In this document: positions 1-8,767 of the stretch, piece after piece
How the letters are laid out: every line of letters begins with the position of its first letter
How positions within the stretch are numbered: position 1 is the first letter of the stretch
Origin: Spirochaetia bacterium
GTDB lineage: Bacteria > Spirochaetota > Spirochaetia > CADAEX01
Assembly: GCA_045606105.1 (NCBI GenBank)
Contig: JAZURI010000002.1
Coordinates: forward strand, 128,001-192,000
Direction: 5' to 3'
DNA: 64,000 bases
The notes under the pieces: generated by a model
Seen by the model: the letters and a program-made list of their open reading frames with translations, nothing else
Told to the model about the DNA's origin: nothing
Database searches by the model: none
Position numbers and translations under genes: made by a program

Positions 1-481
1 CCAGAGAAATGACCACAATCAGATCTTCAACAAGCTCAATGACGATGCCCCTAAAGTGCTTACTGCAGCCGGATACAGAAGGGTCAGGACAGAGAAGAAC
101 ACCAGGGACGACACCCTTTATCCTATGATTTCCGTACCGGCAGGGAGCAAGGATAACAGATTTGACCTTATAATCAATTTTTCTCCAATAACCACCAACG
201 GCTCCAAGGAGGAACTCAAGATCCGATATCTGGGAACAGAGCTTTCACTGTACAGGGATGTGGTTGACCAGGCCCCTGACACAGGAGAATCTCCCAGTGC
301 ATCAGATACCGTCTACAAGGACTTTAACAGCGACGACCTCCAGTATACCGAATACCAGGACGGGGATCTTCCGTCAGGTGATGTATCGCTTTCAATGTAT
401 GTATTCTCATACGGAATCCATGAAAACATATACAACCTGTACAGCACACCGGTATGGCTGGGATATGTGAACTGCTGGTAA
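1..481 (+). CDS. hypothetical protein, 5'-truncated by window edge
   Basis: Frame of ORF 56..481 is open back to position 2; no recognisable motif. Confidence 0.7.
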   Translation, partial: QRNDHNQIFNKLNDDAPKVLTAAGYRRVRTEKNTRDDTLYPMISVPAGSKDNRFDLIINFSPITTNGSKEELKIRYLGTELSLYRDVVDQAPDTGESPSASDTVYKDFNSDDLQYTEYQDGDLPSGDVSLSMYVFSYGIHENIYNLYSTPVWLGYVNCW

Positions 482-491
482 GGAGAGACAA

Positions 492-791
492 ATGCTTGAT
501 TATTATCTTGTAAATACAGCACTGGTTTATCTTATTGTGGGAGTTTCCTGTACATTGGTGCTTTATTATGCCTACAGGAGAGATTTCACCGGAAACCTGT
601 GGACAGTAATGATCATGGCCATAGTAGGCTCATACCTGGGAGCTGTAATAGAGTATCTCTTCGGCGATATAATAACAGCCATGACACAGATAGCAGGCCA
701 TATCAACATTTTTCCTCCTATAATAGTAGCCTGTATTGTTATCCATATCTATCACAAGGTCAGCAGCAAGAAAAACCGGGATAATAATTAA
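492..791 (+). CDS. small membrane protein, possibly GlsB/YeaQ/YmgE-like
   Basis: AGGAG RBS; three hydrophobic segments; AIVGSYLGA glycine pattern. Confidence 0.65.
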   Translation: MLDYYLVNTALVYLIVGVSCTLVLYYAYRRDFTGNLWTVMIMAIVGSYLGAVIEYLFGDIITAMTQIAGHINIFPPIIVACIVIHIYHKVSSKKNRDNN

Positions 792-805
792 CCCTCTGTT
801 TGACT

Positions 806-906
806 TGATATAATACATATTCTGTCTACTTTTATTTTCCCTGACATTCCTTACATCACCCCTGTCTTTTTCCGCAAATAAAAAAACCCCCTTCCGGGGG
901 CTTTCT
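806..906 (+). ncRNA. candidate sRNA (coordinates include the extended -10 promoter)
   Basis: TGaTATAAT at 806-814, pyrimidine-rich non-coding stretch, hairpin at 887-900; see findings. Confidence 0.3.
880..906 (-). terminator. intrinsic terminator of the sigma factor gene
   Basis: Minus strand CCCCC-GGAA-GGGGG followed by T7. Confidence 0.8.
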
Positions 907-931
907 GAGAGTTTCCTGCTGAGGATGAAGA

Positions 932-1792
932 TCAGCATGAAGCATATATCTTGATATTTTTTGTCTGTACCAGGTTCTTAAGATGAAGAATGGCTTTCTT
1001 CTCAATCTGGCGGATTCTTTCTTTTGTAAGGTTATAAACCTCACCGATCTCCTTAAGAGACATCGGAGTCTCTCCGCTGAGTCCGTAACGGCGTCTGAGT
1101 ACTGCAGCTTCCTTTTCAGGGAGATTCATGAGCAGCTTTTCAATTTCTTCTTTCAGGGATTCATCAACAAGAATCTCTTCCGGAAGCTTGTAGCTCTTGT
1201 CCTCAACAAAGTCTCCGACTACGGAAGCATCTCTTGCGCCCGGATTGAGAGGTGTATCCAGCGATACATATTCTCTTGATACTGCAAGGAGATTTTCCAC
1301 CAGCCCCTTGTCCAGGTTAAGCATATCTGCCACCTCTTCCGCTGTCGGCTCCTCACCTGTTATTTCATAGATTTCCTTTCTGGCCTTTTCAATCTGAACC
1401 AGCTCACCGAACCTGTTGAGAGGAAGACGGATCATCTTGGATTTCTCGCCGATAGCCACAAGGATTGACTGTCTGATCCACCATACCGCATAGGAAATGA
1501 AATGGTATCCTCTTGATACATCGTACTTTTCAATGGCATTGATAAGACCGATATTTCCTTCGTTGATCAGATCTGTAATAGGAAGCCCCTTGTTCTGGTA
1601 TTTCTTGGCAACATTTACAACAAATCTGAGGTTTGATTTGATAAGGATATCTTTGGCCTTCTTATCTCCCTTTGCAGCAAGCTCAGCATATTTCTGCTCT
1701 TCTTCGTGTGAAAGCAGAGGAATCTTGTTGATTTCTTTAAGATATACTGCAAGAATGTTTTCGTCGTTGTTGATTGAATGTCTTTTTTTCAT
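932..1792 (-). CDS. RpoD/RpoS-family sigma-70 factor lacking region 1.1 (RpoS-like)
   Basis: YLKEINKIPLL (1.2), NLRFVVNVAKKY and DLINEGNIGL (2), SYAVWWIRQ, LTKERIRQIEKKA (4.2); 286 aa. Confidence 0.93.
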   Translation of the reverse strand: MKKRHSINNDENILAVYLKEINKIPLLSHEEEQKYAELAAKGDKKAKDILIKSNLRFVVNVAKKYQNKGLPITDLINEGNIGLINAIEKYDVSRGYHFISYAVWWIRQSILVAIGEKSKMIRLPLNRFGELVQIEKARKEIYEITGEEPTAEEVADMLNLDKGLVENLLAVSREYVSLDTPLNPGARDASVVGDFVEDKSYKLPEEILVDESLKEEIEKLLMNLPEKEAAVLRRRYGLSGETPMSLKEIGEVYNLTKERIRQIEKKAILHLKNLVQTKNIKIYASC

Positions 1793-1816
1793 ATTTAACT
1801 TCCTTACATATATTCA

Positions 1817-1832
1817 TGCAATATCCATGCCA
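1817..1832 (-). promoter_or_regulatory. sigma54 (RpoN) -24/-12 promoter
   Basis: Minus strand TGGCATGGATATTGCA matches TGGCAC-N5-TTGCA with exact GG-N10-GC spacing, 24 nt upstream of the ATG. Confidence 0.75.
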
Positions 1833-2019
1833 ATTTCCATATATTCCCTTTTAAAGCAACATATTTTCTTTTATTATAATACTTTATCTGATTATCAGCC
1901 TGAATGCGGTTTGGCAAGACAAACTGCGTAAACCTTAAATAGCATCAATTTGACACATATGCTCCCCTACCCCCTTTAAATGAGTATTTATGACACAGTT
2001 TTTTTTATTTCTTTTTATA

Positions 2020-2048
2020 TTGAAATTTCCTGTCCGGTTTTGTATATT
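2020..2048 (+). promoter_or_regulatory. sigma70 promoter of groES
   Basis: TTGAAA-17-TATATT. Confidence 0.55.
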
Positions 2049-2075
2049 CATAGTAATTAATCAGGAGGATTTATT

Positions 2076-2345
2076 ATGAAAGTCACACCACTTGAGGACA
2101 GAGTCCTTATTAAAACTGCCGAGCTGGAAGAAAGAACAGCAAGCGGCCTTTTTATTCCTCAGACTGCACAGGAAAAGACACAGATCGGAATTGTAGAGGC
2201 TATCGGAAGTGACAAGGAGACAATCAAGGTAAAGATCGGTCAGAAAATCATGTATGACAAATATGCAGGCACCGGAATCAAGGTTGACGGAGCCGATTAT
2301 CTGATTCTTAAGTCAAAGGATATCCTTGCTATCATCGAAGACTGA
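2076..2345 (+). CDS. groES: co-chaperonin GroES
   Basis: PLEDRVLI, mobile loop TASGLFIP, KYAGT, DILAII; AGGAGG RBS. Confidence 0.96.
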   Translation: MKVTPLEDRVLIKTAELEERTASGLFIPQTAQEKTQIGIVEAIGSDKETIKVKIGQKIMYDKYAGTGIKVDGADYLILKSKDILAIIED

Positions 2346-2352
2346 GACCAAT

Positions 2353-2383
2353 AAAAAAAGCAGCTTTTCAGCTGCTTTTTTTT
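2353..2383. terminator. bidirectional intrinsic terminator
   Basis: A7-GCAGCT-TTTC-AGCTGC-T8 between convergent genes. Confidence 0.85.
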
Positions 2384-3293
2384 AATTCAACAAATCACCG
2401 CTTTGGTCAACATGATCAAAACGCTGGGCCATTATAACGGCACAGAACATAAGGGCACATCCCCCCAGCTCCCTTACGGAGAAGCCCTCTCCCAGGATAA
2501 GCCAACCCGAAACAACAGCAAATACCGATTCAAAGCTCATGAGCAGTGAAGCAACTGCAGGCTCGGTCCATTTCTGCCCCACAATCTGGAGAGTATATGC
2601 GATACCGCAGGAAAAAAGACCTGAATACAGGATAGGAAGGATACAGGAGGTGAAGTTGCCTATTTCAGGCTTTTCAAAGATAAACATGCAGATAAGTCCC
2701 AGGAATCCTGCAACAAGGAACTGGATACAGGAGAGCCTGACACCGTCCACCTTAGGTGCGTAATGGGCTATTATAAGGATATGGAAAGCAAAGGCAACGG
2801 CACAGATAAGTGTTATGAAATCCCCTTTTCCGATGGAAAAACCTTCCTTGATACAGAGAAGATAAAGACCGCCCAGGCCGAGAATGATTGCACCCCATAC
2901 ATGGGTACGGATAGGCTTGCCGAGAAAAATACTGAAAACAGGAACCAGCAGGATATACAAAGCTGTAATGAAGCCTGATTTGCCGGCTGTGGTATATTCG
3001 ATACCTATCTGCTGGAGAGAGGATGCGATAAACAGTGCCACTCCGCAGAAAATCCCCCCCATGAGAAGAAACTTCCTTTCTTCTGGTGAAGTGTTTCTTT
3101 CTGACGCAGGTTTTTTCCTGTCCAGAAACCATATGACCGGAATAAGGGAAAGTCCACCGATAATTGTTCTTACGGAATTGAAGGAAAACGGTTCAAGATA
3201 ACTGGTTCCGAGGCGCTGAGCCACAAAAGAGGAACCCCAGATAAGTGCAGTAACAAGAAGCAGAATATTGCCTAAAAGTTTTTTATCTTTCAT
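2382..3293 (-). CDS. DMT/EamA family transporter
   Basis: ALIWGSSFVAQ start, two EamA repeats, about 10 TM segments. Confidence 0.92.
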   Translation of the reverse strand: MKDKKLLGNILLLVTALIWGSSFVAQRLGTSYLEPFSFNSVRTIIGGLSLIPVIWFLDRKKPASERNTSPEERKFLLMGGIFCGVALFIASSLQQIGIEYTTAGKSGFITALYILLVPVFSIFLGKPIRTHVWGAIILGLGGLYLLCIKEGFSIGKGDFITLICAVAFAFHILIIAHYAPKVDGVRLSCIQFLVAGFLGLICMFIFEKPEIGNFTSCILPILYSGLFSCGIAYTLQIVGQKWTEPAVASLLMSFESVFAVVSGWLILGEGFSVRELGGCALMFCAVIMAQRFDHVDQSGDLLN

Positions 3294-3345
3294 GACAATA
3301 AATTTACTAAATTTAGGGTTTTAAAACAAGGGGAACACAACAAGC

Positions 3346-3374
3346 TTGCCATCAGATTATTAATTTGTTATATT
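3346..3374 (+). promoter_or_regulatory. sigma70 promoter of tmRNA
   Basis: TTGCCA-17-TATATT with TG extension. Confidence 0.65.
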
Positions 3375-3387
3375 AATATTGTACCCA

Positions 3388-3731
3388 GGGGGTGAAAATG
3401 GTCTCGACTGGGGAATCTTGAAGCATGGACTGCAAGTAGAGAGCTGTCTCTTTAAACCGGCAAAAAAAATTTATCTGCTGAAACAGATTACGCTTTGGCT
3501 GCCTGAGGGCAACCACGAACCTTCGGAATGCGGCTCCTAAGTCCGAGCAGGTTTGTCATAAATCGGGGCTAGCCGGCATAAGCTCCTGCGGTATACCGGG
3601 ACTCCCAGCAGGATCAGGGAACGGTTGGGTCTGTTTTGGAATCTTGCCTTTCCCGAACTTAATCCAGAACTAAGCTTGTAGACGTTCATGGGTCAGTCTT
3701 CAGGACGCGGGTTCGACACCCGCCACCTCCA
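3388..3731 (+). ncRNA. ssrA: tmRNA (SsrA); tag (A)AETDYALAA at 3477-3506
   Basis: 5' GGGGGTG pairs with 3' CACCTCC(A) including G3-U; 5' ..CTCGAC motif; T-arm GCGGGTTCGACACCCGC; tag ORF ends YALAA*. Confidence 0.95.
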
Positions 3732-3831
3732 AACTTCGTCCTCCCCTATTATTACAAAAAAAGATTGATAAGATCGTTGTTTCGTGATAAATTGTATAAG
3801 TAAATCAAAAATCAATTATACAGGAAAAAAC

Positions 3832-5067
3832 ATGAAAAACGCAGACAAACTGAAATTAAATGTCAGACAGGTTGTTATCTGGAGTGCTGCAATGATTCTC
3901 GGTCTCATTTTGGGAACTCTGGGAATCGATAAGCTGAATGCATTCTTCAACTTCATCGCAGCTATTTTTTCAAACCTCTTCAAATTTGTGGCTGTACCTA
4001 CAATCGCATTGGCTATCACCACTACCCTTGCACAGCTGACAAACAAGAAAAATACAGGAAAAATCTTCCTCCATACAATCAGCTATACACTGCTGACAAC
4101 CCTTTTTGCGGCTCTGGTGGGAGCAGTGCTCTACATGGCTGTAAAACCGGGCAATCTCTCCGTACCTGCAGACCAGCTCCAGGCTATACAGAATGCGGCA
4201 AGCAATAACGGTGCATGGCACGGAATCTCTCTCTACGAACACATCCTCAATGTTGTACCAAGCAACATCGTGGCACCTTTCTCTTCCAGCAACGTACTGG
4301 CAATTGTAATTATCTCAGCAGCTGCAGGACTTGCTATCGCAGCCAGAAAGGAATCTGAAAACATCCAGGCTCTTTACAAGACTCTTATGGGACTTCAGGA
4401 GCTTTTCTTCACCCTTATCAAAGGACTTGTTTTTGCACTTCCTCTCGGAATCGTGGCTTTCTCTGCACAGCTTACAGCAATGCAGGCTACAGCAGCAGCC
4501 GGATCCCTTGGCAAATATGTAATGGTAGTCCTGACAGGAAACATCCTGCAGTTCTTTGTGGTTCTTCCGATTTTCCTTCTTATCCGCGGACTCAACCCAA
4601 TCAAGGTATTCAAAAACATGCTCCCTGCAGTTCTCATGGCCCTTTTCACAAAGAGTTCAATGGCAACTCTTCCTATGACTATTTCTTCTGCCGAAAACAA
4701 CATGAAGGCTAAACCTGAGGTTTCACGCTTCGTACTTCCTATCTGCTGTACAATCAACATGAACGGATGTGCCGCATTTATTTTGGTTACTTCCCTCTTT
4801 GTAATGCAGAACGGCGGTGTTCCTCTTACACTGGGAACAATAATCATGTGGGTACTTATTGCTGTAATTGCCGCAATCGGAAATGCAGGTGTACCTATGG
4901 GATGCTACTTCCTTACACTTTCCCTTATGGCCGGTATGAACATGCCGATCTGGGTTCTCGGAATCATCCTTCCGGTTTATGCAGTAATTGACATGATCGA
5001 GACAGCTGTAAACGTTTGGAGCGACTCCTGTGTATGTGCCATGGTTGATAAGGATACAAACAACTGA
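3832..5067 (+). CDS. dicarboxylate/amino acid:cation symporter (DAACS, SstT-like)
   Basis: FTKSSMATLP and PICCTINMNG motifs; ATG at 3832 after AGGA preferred over GTG at 3784. Confidence 0.92.
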   Translation: MKNADKLKLNVRQVVIWSAAMILGLILGTLGIDKLNAFFNFIAAIFSNLFKFVAVPTIALAITTTLAQLTNKKNTGKIFLHTISYTLLTTLFAALVGAVLYMAVKPGNLSVPADQLQAIQNAASNNGAWHGISLYEHILNVVPSNIVAPFSSSNVLAIVIISAAAGLAIAARKESENIQALYKTLMGLQELFFTLIKGLVFALPLGIVAFSAQLTAMQATAAAGSLGKYVMVVLTGNILQFFVVLPIFLLIRGLNPIKVFKNMLPAVLMALFTKSSMATLPMTISSAENNMKAKPEVSRFVLPICCTINMNGCAAFILVTSLFVMQNGGVPLTLGTIIMWVLIAVIAAIGNAGVPMGCYFLTLSLMAGMNMPIWVLGIILPVYAVIDMIETAVNVWSDSCVCAMVDKDTNN

Positions 5068-5090
5068 TAAACCGAAAGGTACACAAACAG

Positions 5091-5120
5091 AAAAGGCGGG
5101 CCTGAAACCCGCCTTTTTTT
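5091..5120. terminator. bidirectional intrinsic terminator
   Basis: AAAAGGCGGG-cctgaaa-CCCGCC-T7. Confidence 0.85.
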
Positions 5121-5126
5121 ATTGAA

Positions 5127-5885
5127 TCATCTTTTCCGTATCAAAGACAATACGCCGTTTATGAATGTCAGCGGATGAACCGGACATCCCGGAATATATA
5201 GGTCTATGTTGTGCTTTTCAAGAAAGCTCCTGTCAATCCTGGTACTCTCCCTGAATACACCTCCGGAAATGGCACAGGCTCCGCAGAGAATAACAATCTT
5301 TGGGTCCGGTACCGATTCATAGCAGTTTTCCAGAGCATATGCCATGTTTTCCGATATGGGACCGGTAATGACTATTCCATCGGCATGACGGGGAGATGCT
5401 ACAAACTCTATTCCGAAACGACCCATATCAAAGTTTACGTTTGAGCAGGCATTGAGCTCCATTTCGCATCCGTTGCAGCCTCCTGCTGAAACCTGTCTGA
5501 GCTTCAGGGATCTTGAGAAAAGGGATGTTATTTCCTTTCTTGTCTTTACGGCAAGCTTTTCGTACATCTGAGGTGTCATGTCGTCGGTAATGACCAGCAG
5601 CTCACGGTTTGTGGATGAAAGCTTGTTGCTGTTGGTGAATTCTATGGCATGGGCAGAACAGTTCCGGCTGCACTCACCGCAGAAGGTACAGCGTCCCATA
5701 TCTATCATCAGAGGCTTGATGCTGATGGCATCGGCAGGACAGACTGAAACACACTTTCCGCAACCGTGACAGTAGCGGCTGTCAACCTTGGGAAGACCTC
5801 TGAACTGGCTTCTCATAGGTGCTGTTTCTATGCTCTTTATATACTGTTTTCCCTGAAAGATCCTTGTTTTCAATGTATCTATCAT
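5127..5885 (-). CDS. Ehr/Hyf small subunit: 2x[4Fe-4S] ferredoxin (NuoI/HyfH-like) fused to NuoB/HyfI domain
   Basis: CHGCGKCVSVCP, CTFCGECSRNC; SAGGCNGCE, SPRHAD, GACA, PGCP. Confidence 0.9.
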   Translation of the reverse strand: MIDTLKTRIFQGKQYIKSIETAPMRSQFRGLPKVDSRYCHGCGKCVSVCPADAISIKPLMIDMGRCTFCGECSRNCSAHAIEFTNSNKLSSTNRELLVITDDMTPQMYEKLAVKTRKEITSLFSRSLKLRQVSAGGCNGCEMELNACSNVNFDMGRFGIEFVASPRHADGIVITGPISENMAYALENCYESVPDPKIVILCGACAISGGVFRESTRIDRSFLEKHNIDLYIPGCPVHPLTFINGVLSLIRKR

Positions 5886-5896
5886 TTTAGGCTCCC

Positions 5897-7357
5897 TTAA
5901 AGGTCGTTTCCTGTATATGACAGGTTAAAGCTTTTGTTACAGAGAGGGAAATCGGATATTCCGTTGTTCCTTACTGCCATGGCAAGTGCAAACCAGTTGG
6001 AAAAGGACGGGTCCTTAATTTTATATCTGGCCAGCTTTCCCTGTTCATCTGTAATCGCTGCATGGACTACCTCTCCTCTCCAGCCCTCTACCATGGAGAT
6101 GGCAAAAGTATTTTTCTCATACTCCTGACTTCTGCAGACACATATTTCTCCCTGCTCCTTATCAAGTCTGTCGAAAATATGGTCTATAATTGCAAAGGAA
6201 TCGATTATTTCATTGTAACGAAGCATGAAACGGGAATAGACATCACCCGTATATCTGAACTCCATGGGCCTGAAGTCTGATTCTTCATAGAAGCTGTCGG
6301 GAAAATTATATCTTGTATCAATGTCGATACCGCAGGATCTTGCTGCCATTCCCACCACACCCAGCTCCTTGGCTGTTTCATGGAAAACTATACCTGTATT
6401 TTCAAGTCTGGACATTACGGAGGAGCTGCCGAGCATGGCCTTTACCATCCGTACCACATCCTTCTTTACCTTTGCAAAGGTTGTTCTGGCAACAGCAATA
6501 AGCTCCCGGTCCGGATTGTAGTTTATACCGCCGGTGGTGATAAGACCTCTTCCGAAACGGCTGCCGGAGAATTCCAGCATGGTATTGATTACCAGGGTTC
6601 TGGTAGCTCCGAAAACAGAGGCTCCCATAAGGTAGGCAATGTCTCCGGCAATGGCACCCAGATCTCCGATATGGATGGCGGCACGTTCCATTTCAAGAGC
6701 CATGATTCTGACAAGACGGGCCCTCTCAGGAACCGTAATTCCCATGAGAAGCTCCATTACCATGGAATAGGCTGTATTGTAGGCAATAACACTGTCGCCG
6801 CATATGGATTCTGCCAGCTGGTTTGAAGGGCGTCTGAGCATAAGCTCCTCTACCCCTTTATGCTGGTATCCAAGCATGATTTCAAGGTGATAGACATCCT
6901 CGCCGCTGCACATGAACCTGAAATGTCCCGGCTCAATGACTCCGGCATGGATAGGACCGACAGCAACCTCGTGGACTTCCTCTCCGGTCATCTTGAAAAA
7001 TTCATATTTGTCCTGATTCTTTCTTACCGGCTTGAGCCATGGGTGGCCTTCCGGATAAATACCGAATTCCTCATAAAATTCCCTTTCAAAAATATGAAAT
7101 GCAGGAATTACCTCGGTAAAGGCTCTGTAGCTTTTTACTTCAGGTCTGAATATGGCAGAGGAAAGATAGATATCCCCATTTTCATCATCAGCCAGGGCAA
7201 TGTAAAGACGGATACCGTCGGAAAGGGAGTGTCCGAAGAACATCAGAGGCCTGAAGCCCATTTCCTCTGCTTCCTTTCTGAGAAGACCGATATCAGCCAC
7301 CGGTATGTCAAAGCTTTTTACTTTTGTATTATTCTTTATTTTCAACCAATCAGTCAT
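5897..7357 (-). CDS. Ehr large subunit (NuoCD/HyfG-like) without Ni-Fe CxxC motifs
   Basis: FERE..G..PEGHP, VGPIHAGVIEPGHFRF, EGWRGE, KDPSF; L1 reads ESICGD; C-terminus NKSFNLSYTGNDL. Confidence 0.9.
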   Translation of the reverse strand: MTDWLKIKNNTKVKSFDIPVADIGLLRKEAEEMGFRPLMFFGHSLSDGIRLYIALADDENGDIYLSSAIFRPEVKSYRAFTEVIPAFHIFEREFYEEFGIYPEGHPWLKPVRKNQDKYEFFKMTGEEVHEVAVGPIHAGVIEPGHFRFMCSGEDVYHLEIMLGYQHKGVEELMLRRPSNQLAESICGDSVIAYNTAYSMVMELLMGITVPERARLVRIMALEMERAAIHIGDLGAIAGDIAYLMGASVFGATRTLVINTMLEFSGSRFGRGLITTGGINYNPDRELIAVARTTFAKVKKDVVRMVKAMLGSSSVMSRLENTGIVFHETAKELGVVGMAARSCGIDIDTRYNFPDSFYEESDFRPMEFRYTGDVYSRFMLRYNEIIDSFAIIDHIFDRLDKEQGEICVCRSQEYEKNTFAISMVEGWRGEVVHAAITDEQGKLARYKIKDPSFSNWFALAMAVRNNGISDFPLCNKSFNLSYTGNDL

Positions 7358-7360
7358 AGA

Positions 7361-8767
7361 CTAAAACCTCAGGAACGGAGGCACATAGACTCCGAGTGTA
7401 AATACCATGGTCAGAAGGATTATCTGGGGCACATACATGCACCAGGAAAGCTTCTTTCTGTTCTCCCTGACCTGCTCTTCCTTATCCTCGGCTACCTTAC
7501 CGAATGTCATGCTGAAAACAACCCGGGCAAAGCCGTGAAGAATTACGGTAAGAAGAATCACAAACAAGGCACACATGAAATAGTGGTGCTGGGCAAACAT
7601 GACCTTGATTATGAGATATTCGCTGATAAAAAGGGATGATGTAGGAAATGCACAGATGGCAAGATAGGAAAAAATCCAGAGCCACCCTGTTTTCCTGTCA
7701 ATGCTGTTAAGACCTGATACACGGCTGACACGTCTTGAATCATAGAGCTCAAGAATGTTTCCGGAGGTAAGGAAGAAGGAGGCCTTGGCAAAGGAGTGTC
7801 CTATGACATGAAGCATGACTGCATACATGGCGGCAGGACCAAGAGCTGTACCGATGGCAAGGATTCCCATGTTTTCCACGGAAGAATAGGCAAGCATACG
7901 CTTGTAGTTCTTTATCTTGTTTACATAAACGGCAGTAACCAGCAGGGAGGAGAATCCCATGACCAGAAGAATGAGCCGGCCGTAGCTGTCATGTCCCGAT
8001 GTTTCGAGGATACGGAGCACCCTGAGAATAACCAGGAAAGCGGAATTGAGCAAAGTTGCGGACAGCAGTGCCGAAATAGGACTCGGAGATTCGGAATGGG
8101 CATCCGGCAGCCAGAAATGAACCGGAGCAAGTCCCATCTTTGTACCGAAACCGAAAACGATAAAGACAAAGGCTGCCTTCATCCAGAACGGATCGAACTG
8201 GAAGGAGTTGCATGCCAGGATAGCATAGTTCAGCGAGTTTACCCTGTCGGTGGAGATATTGAGGAGGATAATACCTACAAAGGCCAGTGCAATACCGACA
8301 GAACAGATAAATACATATTTCCAGGCTGCCTCGATGGAGTTTCTGGTCCTGTTGAAATAGATGAGATAGGCTGTGGTAAGTGTTGTGGCCTCCACAAAAA
8401 CCCAGGCAAGCCCCAGATTGGTGCTGAGGGTTGTTCCTGTCATGGCAAAGATGAAGATAAGCATCAGGAACATGTAGAACCGGATTCTCTTTTCCTCATG
8501 CTTCATATGCTTTATATAGCCGGTGTTGTAGACAGCTGCCATGAGAAATACCACGGAAAGCACCAGAAGGAAGATCTTGTTGGTATTGTCTATGGCAAAA
8601 TAGCGTACCGATGAAAGATAAGTGTCATGGGTAAATACCAGGATACAGCTTATGACAATATGGAGCAGAGCATAGGAATTGACGGCAAAAACATCAAATG
8701 CCCTTTTCTTTATTATAAAAATGAGAAGACCAGCAACAAGCGGATAAATAAGGAGAATATCAATCAT
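7361..8767 (-). CDS. HyfF-like proton-translocating antiporter subunit
   Basis: EAAWKY, GTKMGLAPVHFWLPDAHSESP, KRMLAYSSVEN. Confidence 0.9.
   Translation of the reverse strand: MIDILLIYPLVAGLLIFIIKKRAFDVFAVNSYALLHIVISCILVFTHDTYLSSVRYFAIDNTNKIFLLVLSVVFLMAAVYNTGYIKHMKHEEKRIRFYMFLMLIFIFAMTGTTLSTNLGLAWVFVEATTLTTAYLIYFNRTRNSIEAAWKYVFICSVGIALAFVGIILLNISTDRVNSLNYAILACNSFQFDPFWMKAAFVFIVFGFGTKMGLAPVHFWLPDAHSESPSPISALLSATLLNSAFLVILRVLRILETSGHDSYGRLILLVMGFSSLLVTAVYVNKIKNYKRMLAYSSVENMGILAIGTALGPAAMYAVMLHVIGHSFAKASFFLTSGNILELYDSRRVSRVSGLNSIDRKTGWLWIFSYLAICAFPTSSLFISEYLIIKVMFAQHHYFMCALFVILLTVILHGFARVVFSMTFGKVAEDKEEQVRENRKKLSWCMYVPQIILLTMVFTLGVYVPPFLRF

Noticed and set aside
1912-1927. Second sigma54-like motif TGGCAAGACAAACTGC on the plus strand
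   Set aside because: GG and GC are 11 nt apart rather than the required 10.
3720-3790. Integrated element at the tmRNA 3' end (also considered at tRNA-Arg 26176)
   Set aside because: No integrase, transposase or duplicated 3'-end att sequence was seen by eye.
5897-7357. Annotation as a [NiFe] hydrogenase large subunit
   Set aside because: Both CxxC nickel-binding motifs are missing; treated as Ehr.
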